From: Candidatus Omnitrophota bacterium
GTDB lineage: Bacteria > Omnitrophota > Gorgyraeia > Duberdicusellales > 4484-171
DNA length: 64,000 nt
NCBI GenBank assembly: GCA_043815185.1
Contig: JBDRJF010000001.1
Location: 89,690 to 153,689, forward strand
Reading direction: 5' to 3'
Of this stretch, positions 44,970-54,237 are shown piece after piece. Numbering within the stretch: position 1 is the first letter of the stretch; the number at the start of each line of letters is the position of its first letter. Both the position numbers and the translations under genes were made by a program. The notes below the pieces were generated by a model. That model made no database searches. It worked only from the letters and a program-made list of their open reading frames with translations, and was not told the origin of the DNA.

Positions 44970-46307
44970 CTATATTAAATCAAAATAATCTTTACCTTCA
45001 CTCAATGGGTTAAGCGACTGCTCTACCTTTATATCTTTTCTACTCTTTAAGTCGATTAACTCACCCTTAACCCCGCCAACCACCTCAACCACCGGAGAAA
45101 ATATATCATCTTCATTCTGGTCTCTGACTATAGCTACCTTGCCGTCATTGAGCCGGACAATTGTCCCGGCCGGGAAAACACCTAAAGTTTTGAAAAACTT
45201 ATCTAAAAGCTTGGGGTCAAATCTCCTACCCTTATCGCTTACCATCGCCTCATAAACCTTCTCCGGAGGATAATCCCTCTTATAAGATCTTCTTTGCAGG
45301 AGTGCATCATAGACATCACAAATCATAATAATCAAAGAAGCTATACGAAGTTTCCGCGGAAAAAATAGCTTAGGATAACCTTTCAAATCATATCGTAGGT
45401 GATGCTCAAAAGCAACCACTACTGGTAAAACCGTTAGAGTATCAACGTGCCTTAAGAGAATTTCTGCGCCGAGAACAGTATGGCTTTTTATTTTATCAAA
45501 CTCTTCTTTATCTAGTTTATCTTTCTTCTGGAGTATTTTTTTAGCAATATAGAGCTTACCGATATCATGGAATAGACCAGCTATTCCAATATCCAAGCAA
45601 TCGTTTCGGGAAAATCCTAACTTGTGTGAAAGATAGATTGAAAGAATGCTTACGTTCAAAAGGTGCATAAAAGTTGCGGTGTCATAACTCTTGGTCTGTC
45701 TAAGTTTGGAAAAAATTTGATACTTACCACTCAAGTTTTCCATAATATCGTTAGCAATAAATTTTAAATTTACATGGTCAACCCTATCGCTATTAATCAA
45801 TGCATCTAAAGAGTGCGAAAGTCTATCCAGACATCCTTTGTAGTGCATAAATTCAATCTTCTCGTCTGACTGCTGTTCAGGAGAGCTCTTGGTGGGAGAT
45901 TTAATTTTAGCCACCGTAATACCGTTTACCCCGGCAGCAGACAGGTATTCCTGAGGCAGAAGTTGCATATTTTCCACCGGGGTAATCAGGAAAACAATAA
46001 ATTTAACCAATTCTTCGCGGCTTACTCCTCTACGGAAGGCTATCCTCTCAACATTAATTTTCTTTAAATAATCGATAGCCTGGACTGCTCGTTTACTTAA
46101 TTCAAAAAATATATCCTCGCCGCTGGCTAGTTCCCGATCCAATATGCCCACAACCAATTCATCCCGATCGCTTAGGATTACAGCTAAGCTACCATAAGCC
46201 TTCTGGAGAGCCTCAAGGAACAGCTTGTGTTCAGTTCCATACACCCGGGCTGCCTGCCAAGACGACATTAGATTTTTTAAGAACAATTCGATCCGATCAA
46301 ACTCCAT
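44970..46307 (-). CDS. HD-GYP domain protein (putative cyclic-di-GMP phosphodiesterase) with N-terminal domain shared with upstream ORF
   Basis: GLFHDIGK, EHHLRYDLKGYPK and CDVYDAL motifs. Confidence 0.8.
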   Translation of the reverse strand: MEFDRIELFLKNLMSSWQAARVYGTEHKLFLEALQKAYGSLAVILSDRDELVVGILDRELASGEDIFFELSKRAVQAIDYLKKINVERIAFRRGVSREELVKFIVFLITPVENMQLLPQEYLSAAGVNGITVAKIKSPTKSSPEQQSDEKIEFMHYKGCLDRLSHSLDALINSDRVDHVNLKFIANDIMENLSGKYQIFSKLRQTKSYDTATFMHLLNVSILSIYLSHKLGFSRNDCLDIGIAGLFHDIGKLYIAKKILQKKDKLDKEEFDKIKSHTVLGAEILLRHVDTLTVLPVVVAFEHHLRYDLKGYPKLFFPRKLRIASLIIMICDVYDALLQRRSYKRDYPPEKVYEAMVSDKGRRFDPKLLDKFFKTLGVFPAGTIVRLNDGKVAIVRDQNEDDIFSPVVEVVGGVKGELIDLKSRKDIKVEQSLNPLSEGKDYFDLI

Positions 46308-48228
46308 CTCTCTCCAAAATTTCCTCAGCTTTTCGTCTTATCTTCCTATTCCAGAAAAACCGATACTTGCTTAAATCAAATAAATATCCCCGGGCCTGGG
46401 GGAAAAAGGCTTCAGCAATAAGATTCAAATTCTTTTCAATAATCTTGCTTCTTAACCCGAAAGGATTCGAAATAGCTAAGAGCATCTTAGCGGCTTTGGA
46501 AAGTAAAGCCGGGCTCTTAGCTAGAACTAGTAAAACTTGTTTGGATTGGGAAAAATCTCCTTTATTAAGAAGCGAAAACAAAAATTCTTCATCCACTAAA
46601 TTGAATTCTTCCATTTTCTTCAACAGCTTTAGTTTTATGAAGTTATTGGATAAAGAAAAAATATGCTTAAGAATATCAAGACTTAAAACCGGCTCTACCA
46701 TATTTAAACTTTCCATAATTCTTTCAACAAATCGAAAATCAAAAATTTTCTGATCGAGCTTTTGGTAAAAAAGAGGCAGGGTGTGGCTAAAAAGTTTGAA
46801 AAATAATTTTAAAATGCAAGGATTTACTCTACCTTCCTTAAATATTTTATCCAGATAAAACTTTGTATCCAAGCTACTGGCATCTACAATATCTATCAAG
46901 GCTTCTAAGTCCAAAGAGTCATCGCTGCTAAAAATAACTTTTTCTACAAAAGCCGCTATATTTTTATTCACCTCCGGAAAAAGCGATTTAAATTCAATGG
47001 TTTGCTTCTTTTTTTCGTCGAAAGCTTTTATAAAGCTTTCGATATATTTTAGGTCATCCTCGCTTAAAGCCTGTTCAAGTTCGGGCAAGATACGGCTTAC
47101 GACTAAACCCAGCCTTTTTGCGCTCAATTCCAAGATAAAAAGGTCCAGGAGAACGAAACGATAGTTTTCGATGAGCTGCTCGCGGTTAAAACATAAACCT
47201 TCCCCCAAAGAAATGTTCTCCAAAATCGCAGCCAAGTTATCATGATAAGTATTTCGCCCCTGCGAAGAAAAATCCGGTAAAGAAATCAGTTCCTTGATCC
47301 CGGCGATTGCCTTGATGTTATTCCGTAACGCTTTATCTTCTTCGAATTTTTTAGCAAAAAAAGCAGCAACTTCTTGGTGTTTCTCTCGATCCACGAGTTT
47401 AGAAAACAATTTAAGGCTTACTGGATCAAGCACAGTATCGCTTTGCAGCTGCTCTAATAAGGCGTTGGAGATATCTTCCGCATTCAATCCTTGCAAAAAT
47501 GTCTTGAGTCCGTCAATCTGTTCTTTGTTGAATTTGCTTCCGCTCTTTAAAATTGATTTCGCTAAAGCCTTTGAGCATTGGAGAAATTTGTTCTTATTTT
47601 TATCTTTAAGATAATTGAAAAGTTCACTGATACTTTCCATTATGTCTTTATTGTCTACTATATCCTCAATCCGAATTCTTTCTAAGACTTTCTGAAAATC
47701 ATCGGTTAACTCATCGATTCTTTTAGTATCACCTTGATTAAAGCTCCTCTTTAATAAATATGTCCAAATATCGACATACTCTTCACCTTCACCCTTAAGG
47801 AGCTGTGAATAATCTAGCTCTTCAATCATAATATGTTCCAGGCGGTCTTTGCTAAAAAGGGTATTTAGGCCTCCCTTTAGCAAAATGTCTTTCGGCGACA
47901 ATTTGGTCTGGCCAAAAAATGTAATTAACTCTTCATTAGACACCCCGGCCTTAAAACTTATCGCCTTTACCTTGCGGCGATGGAAAAAATGAGCAATCTC
48001 CTGATACAATTTTTCACCCTTCAAGTGCTTATTGTTAAACACCAAGGAATCCGGTGTAATGCCCATTCTTAAAGGATCTACTGCAATTAAAACCTCCCTG
48101 ATCGCCCTTATTAAATTGTCTACAGATTTTACCAAAAGCGGATGTCCTTTGAAGTAAACAGAGGCATTGGTTAGGACTACCCGGAAACTCTTTAGGAAAC
48201 CATCGTAAACTTTATCCTCATTAGCCAT
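46297..48228 (-). CDS. 643-aa hypothetical protein; N-terminal about 110 aa paralogous to the HD-GYP protein, remainder helical-repeat-like
   Basis: Long ORF that overlaps the downstream gene by 11 nt. No catalytic motif was recognised. Confidence 0.6.
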   Translation of the reverse strand: MANEDKVYDGFLKSFRVVLTNASVYFKGHPLLVKSVDNLIRAIREVLIAVDPLRMGITPDSLVFNNKHLKGEKLYQEIAHFFHRRKVKAISFKAGVSNEELITFFGQTKLSPKDILLKGGLNTLFSKDRLEHIMIEELDYSQLLKGEGEEYVDIWTYLLKRSFNQGDTKRIDELTDDFQKVLERIRIEDIVDNKDIMESISELFNYLKDKNKNKFLQCSKALAKSILKSGSKFNKEQIDGLKTFLQGLNAEDISNALLEQLQSDTVLDPVSLKLFSKLVDREKHQEVAAFFAKKFEEDKALRNNIKAIAGIKELISLPDFSSQGRNTYHDNLAAILENISLGEGLCFNREQLIENYRFVLLDLFILELSAKRLGLVVSRILPELEQALSEDDLKYIESFIKAFDEKKKQTIEFKSLFPEVNKNIAAFVEKVIFSSDDSLDLEALIDIVDASSLDTKFYLDKIFKEGRVNPCILKLFFKLFSHTLPLFYQKLDQKIFDFRFVERIMESLNMVEPVLSLDILKHIFSLSNNFIKLKLLKKMEEFNLVDEEFLFSLLNKGDFSQSKQVLLVLAKSPALLSKAAKMLLAISNPFGLRSKIIEKNLNLIAEAFFPQARGYLFDLSKYRFFWNRKIRRKAEEILERDGV

Positions 48229-48249
48229 GGAACCTGCTTAATCTTTCTC

Positions 48250-49452
48250 CTAAAAATACTCCCGATACATATCTAAAACACGCCGAAGTATTGGTTCGTT
48301 CCTTTTATGATTAAGCTCTAAGAAACGCGATACTCCATAATGCAAGCATCCATAGGAAGAAGATACGGTTAATTTTTGCAGCGGGGTTTTTAAATTATAG
48401 GGAACGTAATCCTTCAAAAAACCGTAAAAACCCTCTTTAAGGTTTAACCTGCCGATAAATGAAACCGTAAAATCATCCTCAGGGATACCTTCTTTTATTT
48501 CTTGCAAGATATAACAAATTTCACTCTTAATGTAATCTTTAACAAATGAATTTATGGTCTGGGTACTTAATTTTACATACCCTGAATCTCTTTTAACCGT
48601 TATTTCTTTAAAATAAGGTATCTCTTTGAAAGAGATGTAACGTTGGAATATCTCCTCGGCTAAAGAAACTTTAAGGATAAATCGCTTTGCCAATTCCTCA
48701 ATTATTTTGCGAAAAGAAAAATTGAATTCTTTGTCAAAAACAAAATTATTGCTACTCCTGGCAATAAAACGGCTCTTATCATAATCAATACTCACCACAA
48801 CCTGCCCCCTATCCCTACCGGTAAGCCCGCCGAGAAGTCTTGGACCTTTTTCCTTTAATTCGGATAGATCTATGGCGGTAAAGACAGAAGAAAATCGGCT
48901 TATCTGGGGAGCAATCATGCCGCCAAGGTTTCGATCTAAATTATCAAAAATATCTTCAACCCCCTTCTGCACCTTGTCTTTAATCCAAACCAAGAATGAC
49001 TGTAATTTTATCTTTTTTGCCCAGACTCCTAAAGGAAACTTATAGTAGCTAGTTCCTTCTACTTCATATTTTATGACGATGTTATGAATACAAAAATCGT
49101 CCCAATTAAGGAATTTTTCTTCAATCTCGCGTTTAGCCCGGGTGATGTCACGGGAAGTAATCTTTTTTCTTGTCTTTAAGGTAACTGTATCCTCAACAAC
49201 TTTTTGTTGCGCTGTTTCCCAAGGTAATTCTAAGAAAACCTTCTCACATCGACAAGAAAATTTTTCTTCGTTCTCCTTTATCTTCTGATCCAGAATTTCT
49301 AAATTTTCTTTTAAAAAAACAATAATATCATTACTATTATTCACAATCGGAACTTCCGATTCTTTGAGAAAGATGAGGCGGGTTCCTTTTAGGCGCCCGA
49401 AGGAAATAAATATTTTATCTCTGTCCAGGGTAATAGCACAAACTCCCCTCAT
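48250..49452 (-). CDS. divergent FtsA-like actin-fold protein with degenerate nucleotide-binding motifs
   Basis: Directly follows ftsQ and is collinear with E. coli FtsA as I recall it. KITSRDITRAKREIEEKF aligns with EVTQEDVENVVHTAKSV. VVVSIDYDKSRF aligns with CVVDIGGGTMD. SSSYGCLHYG aligns with STAVGLLHYG. It also has a C-terminal amphipathic tail. Confidence 0.55.
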   Translation of the reverse strand: MRGVCAITLDRDKIFISFGRLKGTRLIFLKESEVPIVNNSNDIIVFLKENLEILDQKIKENEEKFSCRCEKVFLELPWETAQQKVVEDTVTLKTRKKITSRDITRAKREIEEKFLNWDDFCIHNIVIKYEVEGTSYYKFPLGVWAKKIKLQSFLVWIKDKVQKGVEDIFDNLDRNLGGMIAPQISRFSSVFTAIDLSELKEKGPRLLGGLTGRDRGQVVVSIDYDKSRFIARSSNNFVFDKEFNFSFRKIIEELAKRFILKVSLAEEIFQRYISFKEIPYFKEITVKRDSGYVKLSTQTINSFVKDYIKSEICYILQEIKEGIPEDDFTVSFIGRLNLKEGFYGFLKDYVPYNLKTPLQKLTVSSSYGCLHYGVSRFLELNHKRNEPILRRVLDMYREYF

Positions 49453-50252
49453 CGTTTAAATTCCATATAAACCTTTTTAAATCGTAGGTCGATATAGTTA
49501 ACTGAAGACATTTTCTCTTTCAGTTCCTCAGCTCTAAGATTTTTAAAAAGTTTTAATTTTCGCCTAAAATCATCTTTGCCCACGATTACCCTTATCCCAC
49601 CATCCGGAGCTTGCTCTTCAGCTGCGCGGTTTTTCTGGATAAAGATAAAATCAATGGCTTCTATGCGACTGACATTTATCAGCTTTATTTCTCCTTGATC
49701 AAGAAGCCCTTCAGCAGCTAAGGCTTCGATTAAACCAAAAGCATATTCCAACTTCTTGCTTTTAATACTGGCCCCCTTCCTGAAATCCCTGCCGCTGCTA
49801 TCCATCTCTATAAGAATAAGGTCATCTAATGGCTTACGGTTGCCCTCGCTTAATATAACCGCTTCTTTGTCCACCGGATAAAAATTTTTATCTTTTATCT
49901 GGGCAAAGGGATTTCTCTTTGTTGCTTCAATCGTTAACGAAGAAGGAAACACACGATAAACCTGGATTTCTTTATATTCGGGATGTGCCCTTATGAGAGA
50001 GGAATAAATTGATTTAATGTCTAAGCTGAATAAAGATTTATCGGTTATTCTTTCTTTTAAACTTTTACTCAAAAGTTGCTGGGGATCTTTTATGCCTTCA
50101 GCTTTTATTTTAAAAACACCGGAAGTATAAATGGCATACCCTAGACCGATAAGCAGGATCAGGCCGCAAACTACTATACTCATCCACCAAATGGCTTTGG
50201 AATCTAAGCGAAAATTAAATTGTCTAAATCTTTTGCGTCTTTTTCTTCCCAT
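49449..50252 (-). CDS. ftsQ: cell division protein FtsQ (POTRA-containing)
   Basis: Basic N-terminus, one TM segment (WWMSIVVCGLILLIGLGYAIY), and a POTRA-like region. Positioned after ddl. Confidence 0.7.
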   Translation of the reverse strand: MGRKRRKRFRQFNFRLDSKAIWWMSIVVCGLILLIGLGYAIYTSGVFKIKAEGIKDPQQLLSKSLKERITDKSLFSLDIKSIYSSLIRAHPEYKEIQVYRVFPSSLTIEATKRNPFAQIKDKNFYPVDKEAVILSEGNRKPLDDLILIEMDSSGRDFRKGASIKSKKLEYAFGLIEALAAEGLLDQGEIKLINVSRIEAIDFIFIQKNRAAEEQAPDGGIRVIVGKDDFRRKLKLFKNLRAEELKEKMSSVNYIDLRFKKVYMEFKR

Positions 50253-50277
50253 ACAAACTCCCTTATAAATATCATCT

Positions 50278-51249
50278 TTACCCCGTCACCACTCCTAATT
50301 TATAACCGGGTAAAGCTAATTCTACCATTTGAAGTATTAAGTCATTAAAATTAATTCCATATACCCCGGCGGCAAACGGAAGGAGGCTGTGAAGAGTTAG
50401 TCCGGGGATTGAGTTAACCTCTAAAACAAAAGGAACATTATCTTGGTCCAGACGGATGTCTACGCGGGAGAAATGCCGACACCCTAGAGCCTTGTGAGCT
50501 GCTAATCCTACAACCTGCACTAATTTTGTAACCGCTTGATCTAAGGAAGCCGGGGCAATAAATTCGCTCCCACCTTCACTATATTTAGCATCAAAGTCAA
50601 AATGTTCTTTTTTAGGAATAATCTCTACTACGGCTAAGGGCTGGTTATCTAAAATTCCCACCGTCACCTCTCTACCTTCAATGTAGTCCTCCAAGATTAC
50701 CTCAGCCGAATAAAAAAAAGCCAGTTTCAGCGCGGCTGCAAGATTATTCTTCCCCCTTAAGATAGAAACTCCGATACTGGAACCAGAAGAACAGGGTTTG
50801 ACTACCACCGGATAGTTAATTGCTGAGGGAGTTCTTTGGCCTGGAGTAAGAACAGTAAAATCAGGGGTAGTGATTCCCTGGGTTTTAAAAATCCGCTTGG
50901 AAGCAGCTTTATCCATAGCCAGAGCACTCGCCTCTGGTCCTGAGCCAGTATAAGTAATATCCAATTCTTCCAAGATGGTCTGAATCCGGCCATCCTCGCC
51001 GAATTCTCCGTGAAGAGCAATAAAAGCTAAATCGATACCGGAGCTGACAATAAGCTCTTTGACTTTAGCTTCTTGGTTAGTACAGATATCAATAAAAACT
51101 ACCTCTAGGCCCTTAGCTACTAAAGCCTTATGAGCTTCTCTTGCCGAAATTAGTGAAATTTCGCGCTCTGCTGATACTCCTCCGCCTAAGACACCTACTC
51201 TCACCGTTTCTCTTCTTTTTTCTTTACCGCTTAACTTTACTAAACCCAA
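50278..51249 (-). CDS. ddl: D-alanine--D-alanine ligase
   Basis: GGVSAEREISL, FIALHGEFGEDG and EVNSIPGLT motifs. Confidence 0.9.
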   Translation of the reverse strand: MGLVKLSGKEKRRETVRVGVLGGGVSAEREISLISAREAHKALVAKGLEVVFIDICTNQEAKVKELIVSSGIDLAFIALHGEFGEDGRIQTILEELDITYTGSGPEASALAMDKAASKRIFKTQGITTPDFTVLTPGQRTPSAINYPVVVKPCSSGSSIGVSILRGKNNLAAALKLAFFYSAEVILEDYIEGREVTVGILDNQPLAVVEIIPKKEHFDFDAKYSEGGSEFIAPASLDQAVTKLVQVVGLAAHKALGCRHFSRVDIRLDQDNVPFVLEVNSIPGLTLHSLLPFAAGVYGINFNDLILQMVELALPGYKLGVVTG

Positions 51250-52094
51250 CGTTTAATTTCTTCTTGTAAAATTATACTATACTTTTTATAAATCTGGTCT
51301 TTAATTTTTCGAATTAGATAATCAACATCTTTATATTTTGCGGAGCCTAAATTAACAATAAAGTTAGCATGTCGTAAAGAAACTTGAGCCTGACCTCTCT
51401 TTCGCCCCTTAAAGCCACAAGAATCAATCAGGAATCCGGCACTGGACTCCTGAGTGTTCTTAAAGATACAGCCGCAACTAGGAAAGCTAAAATCCTGCTG
51501 GCAGAGCCTTTGCCCCAATAGTTCATTCACCTTATCCTTTATTCTTACTTCTGAAGATAGTTTAAATTTAGCTCCTAAAATAACGTAGTTTTGCAGTGAA
51601 GAAGACCTATAACCAAAAATAATCTCTGATTTTTTTAAGGTTTTAATCTCTCCTTTATAACCCATAACCTTAACCTCGCTAACCAAAGTAGAGATGCTTC
51701 GGCCAAAAGAACTGGCATTCATAGCTAACAGACCGCCTAGGCTAGCTGGAATACCTGCTAGACTTTCTAATCCCGAAAGATAATTTTTAAGACAATAACC
51801 AATTAAATAAGCCAGGGGGGTTGAGGCGCCTACCTCCAAATAGCTCCCCGCCCTTTTGATAAAGCTGAAACTATTCCCCAAGTGTATTATCGGCCTCTTA
51901 ATCAAGCAATCTTTTATGAGCAGATTAGAGCCTTTACCTAATAGATAAAAGTCTGAATTAAAGTCCTTGATCAGCTTACCTAAACTATCGGGATTATAAA
52001 CAGTGTAAAAATGTTTTGCCTTCCCCCCTATTCTTATCGAAGTACGGCTTTTTAAATCAAGGTCTTGCTTCAGATCTGCTTTTCCCGAAAACAC
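51240..52094 (-). CDS. murB: UDP-N-acetylenolpyruvoylglucosamine reductase
   Basis: TSIRIGGKA, GKGSNLL and PSCGCIFKN motifs. Confidence 0.85.
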   Translation of the reverse strand: MFSGKADLKQDLDLKSRTSIRIGGKAKHFYTVYNPDSLGKLIKDFNSDFYLLGKGSNLLIKDCLIKRPIIHLGNSFSFIKRAGSYLEVGASTPLAYLIGYCLKNYLSGLESLAGIPASLGGLLAMNASSFGRSISTLVSEVKVMGYKGEIKTLKKSEIIFGYRSSSLQNYVILGAKFKLSSEVRIKDKVNELLGQRLCQQDFSFPSCGCIFKNTQESSAGFLIDSCGFKGRKRGQAQVSLRHANFIVNLGSAKYKDVDYLIRKIKDQIYKKYSIILQEEIKRWV

Positions 52095-53443
52095 CTACGG
52101 ATATCCTCCATAATAATATTTATATCTCCAGCGCCTAAAGCCAATACAAGATCGCCGGGTTTAAGCTGAGAAGGGATGGTAGCAATAAGTTGATTTTTAG
52201 GAACATATTCGACTCTAGTCGCAAGATTTTTGCTCACCTCTCTAGCCAACTCTTTAGCGCTAACTCCGGAAATATTTTTTTCGTTGGCAGCGTAAATGTC
52301 GCTTATCGCTAAGTGATCTACCCCGGAAAAACATTGGCTAAATTCAAGTTTTAAAGAGCTGAGACGGGAAAAACGGTGAGGCTGAAAAATTACAAATAAC
52401 CGCTTAGGCTTTAAGAGCTTTCCGGCACTTAAAACTGCCTTTATCTCTGTAGGATGATGGGCATAATCATCAATGAAGGCTACTCCTTTGATTTTTCCCT
52501 TAGCTTCAAAACGCCGCTTAGTTCCTTTAAAATCTAAAAGTGTTTGCTTAACCTTCTCTAAATCTTCGCCTAAATAACGGAAAAAAGCAAAAGTGGCCAG
52601 AGTATTAAGACAATTATGTCTACCGACAAGGGGTGTTTTAACTGCAGTAATGAAATCGCCCTCGAGGTATAAATCAAAGAAACTAAACTCACCGTCAAAT
52701 CTAAAATTTACCCCCCTTAGCCAGTTATGTTCCCCCCAACCAAAACTAACACCGCCTATCTTGCTAATAATTTCGGCTAGATAAGGTTCATCACCTAAAG
52801 CTATAACTTTCCCTCGAGTTGCTTTAGCAAAATTTAGAAAACGCCTCCTTAACTCCTCTAGACTCCCGTAATAATCAAGGTGTTCTCGGTCAATATTAGT
52901 GATTATCGATACCCAGGGATCAAAGGCCAGAAAACTTCCGTCGCTTTCATCAGCCTCAATAACAAAATAATCATCCCCCCACCAAGCTCCCTGGGAATAG
53001 TTAAGGGGCAAGCCTCCTACAAACACCGCTGGTTTATATCCTAAAGAGGTAAGAAGATATCCTAACAAAGAAGTAGTAGTGGTCTTACCGTGGCTTCCTG
53101 AGATCGCAATTGTTTTTTTCCCTCTACAAAGCTGGGCCAAGAGTTCGGCCCTTTTAAAAATATCTACTCCTCTGGCTTTTGCCTTAAGTATCTCCGGGTT
53201 CTTCTCGTCTACTGCCGAGGAATAAGCTAAGATATCAATATCCCCGCTGAGCTGTTCTTGTTTATGACCGATAAAGACTTCAATGCCTTGGGCTTTTAAC
53301 ATCTTTACATTATCCGAAATCTTGCTATCCGAACCTTTAACTGTAAATCCCCTATCTTTAAGCAGAAGAGCCAGGCCGCTCATACCCACTCCCCCAATAC
53401 CTACCAGGTAAATACTCTTTACTTTTGATAATATTCCTTCCAC
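52070..53443 (-). CDS. murC: UDP-N-acetylmuramate--L-alanine ligase
   Basis: GIGGVGMSGLA, GSHGKTTTT and DDYAHHP motifs. Confidence 0.9.
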   Translation of the reverse strand: MEGILSKVKSIYLVGIGGVGMSGLALLLKDRGFTVKGSDSKISDNVKMLKAQGIEVFIGHKQEQLSGDIDILAYSSAVDEKNPEILKAKARGVDIFKRAELLAQLCRGKKTIAISGSHGKTTTTSLLGYLLTSLGYKPAVFVGGLPLNYSQGAWWGDDYFVIEADESDGSFLAFDPWVSIITNIDREHLDYYGSLEELRRRFLNFAKATRGKVIALGDEPYLAEIISKIGGVSFGWGEHNWLRGVNFRFDGEFSFFDLYLEGDFITAVKTPLVGRHNCLNTLATFAFFRYLGEDLEKVKQTLLDFKGTKRRFEAKGKIKGVAFIDDYAHHPTEIKAVLSAGKLLKPKRLFVIFQPHRFSRLSSLKLEFSQCFSGVDHLAISDIYAANEKNISGVSAKELAREVSKNLATRVEYVPKNQLIATIPSQLKPGDLVLALGAGDINIIMEDIRRCFREKQI

Positions 53444-54237
53444 TTCATCTCCAATTTATCGAAATTATTAAAATTGTAGAAAACCTTGGCCAGAGCCTCC
53501 TCAATCTCATCTCCCTTTCTAAGCCAGCGGAGCATCTGTGAAAATTTATACTTACCATACTTACTGATGATAAAGTTGACTATCGAGAAAGACTCTAGGT
53601 AAAAGAGGTCAACATAGTCACTCGGCGCTTTATTCAAACTACCAATTGTTACTTTATGCAATTGGGGTAACTTTATATAAGTATTATCTTTTATCTTTTC
53701 CCTTAGCAAATAAAGGCTGCTTGCATAATTGTTGCTGCCGTATTTACTCTCCATGTAAGTAGCAACTCCCTCATCTAACCAGAGAGCGAGCTTGTTCTCC
53801 CCGATATACTCACTAAAAATTATATGCGTCAGCTCATGGACTAGTATAGTATAGAACTTTTCCTGATCCGGGTAGGTATAAATTATCTTAGCCCGATGGT
53901 TAACGCAAGCAGCAGACCATCCAGAACAATTAAAACTATTTAAGTAATCGTCTCTATCGTTGGCTATAAAGATTTTAGCCCGGTTTTCCCAGATCCAGAA
54001 TTTATCCCGGTAGAAATTAAAATCTTGAGTTATAATCCGATAATACTTCTCGGCTATATTCTTTAGCTTGGTAATATAGGCTTTATCAACACCTTTTTTG
54101 TAGTTAATTATAAAATGCTCGGAGCGTAACTGGTAAAATTCCTTCTCCTTTGCGTAAACCAAAAAGTTTTGCCCGGCCAAAGTGCCTAAACTGCTGCTGA
54201 AGATGCTAAGAATAAGCGCTGCTGTCAAAATTCTCAT
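53419..54237 (-). CDS. secreted MA-clan zinc metallopeptidase-like protein (HEXXH...E)
   Basis: Signal peptide, then VHELTHIIF followed 20 aa later by LDEGVATYME. It overlaps both murG and murC. Confidence 0.55.
   Translation of the reverse strand: MRILTAALILSIFSSSLGTLAGQNFLVYAKEKEFYQLRSEHFIINYKKGVDKAYITKLKNIAEKYYRIITQDFNFYRDKFWIWENRAKIFIANDRDDYLNSFNCSGWSAACVNHRAKIIYTYPDQEKFYTILVHELTHIIFSEYIGENKLALWLDEGVATYMESKYGSNNYASSLYLLREKIKDNTYIKLPQLHKVTIGSLNKAPSDYVDLFYLESFSIVNFIISKYGKYKFSQMLRWLRKGDEIEEALAKVFYNFNNFDKLEMKWKEYYQK

Noticed and set aside
46297-48228. The 643-aa ORF as a cryptic FtsZ or tubulin-like protein
   Set aside because: It has no GGGTGTG-type tubulin signature or Rossmann-like N-terminal pattern. 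Its N-terminus instead matches the neighbouring HD-GYP protein.
50802-51020. 72-aa minus-strand ORF inside ddl in another frame
   Set aside because: It is completely nested in the well-supported ddl frame and has no start context or recognisable motif.
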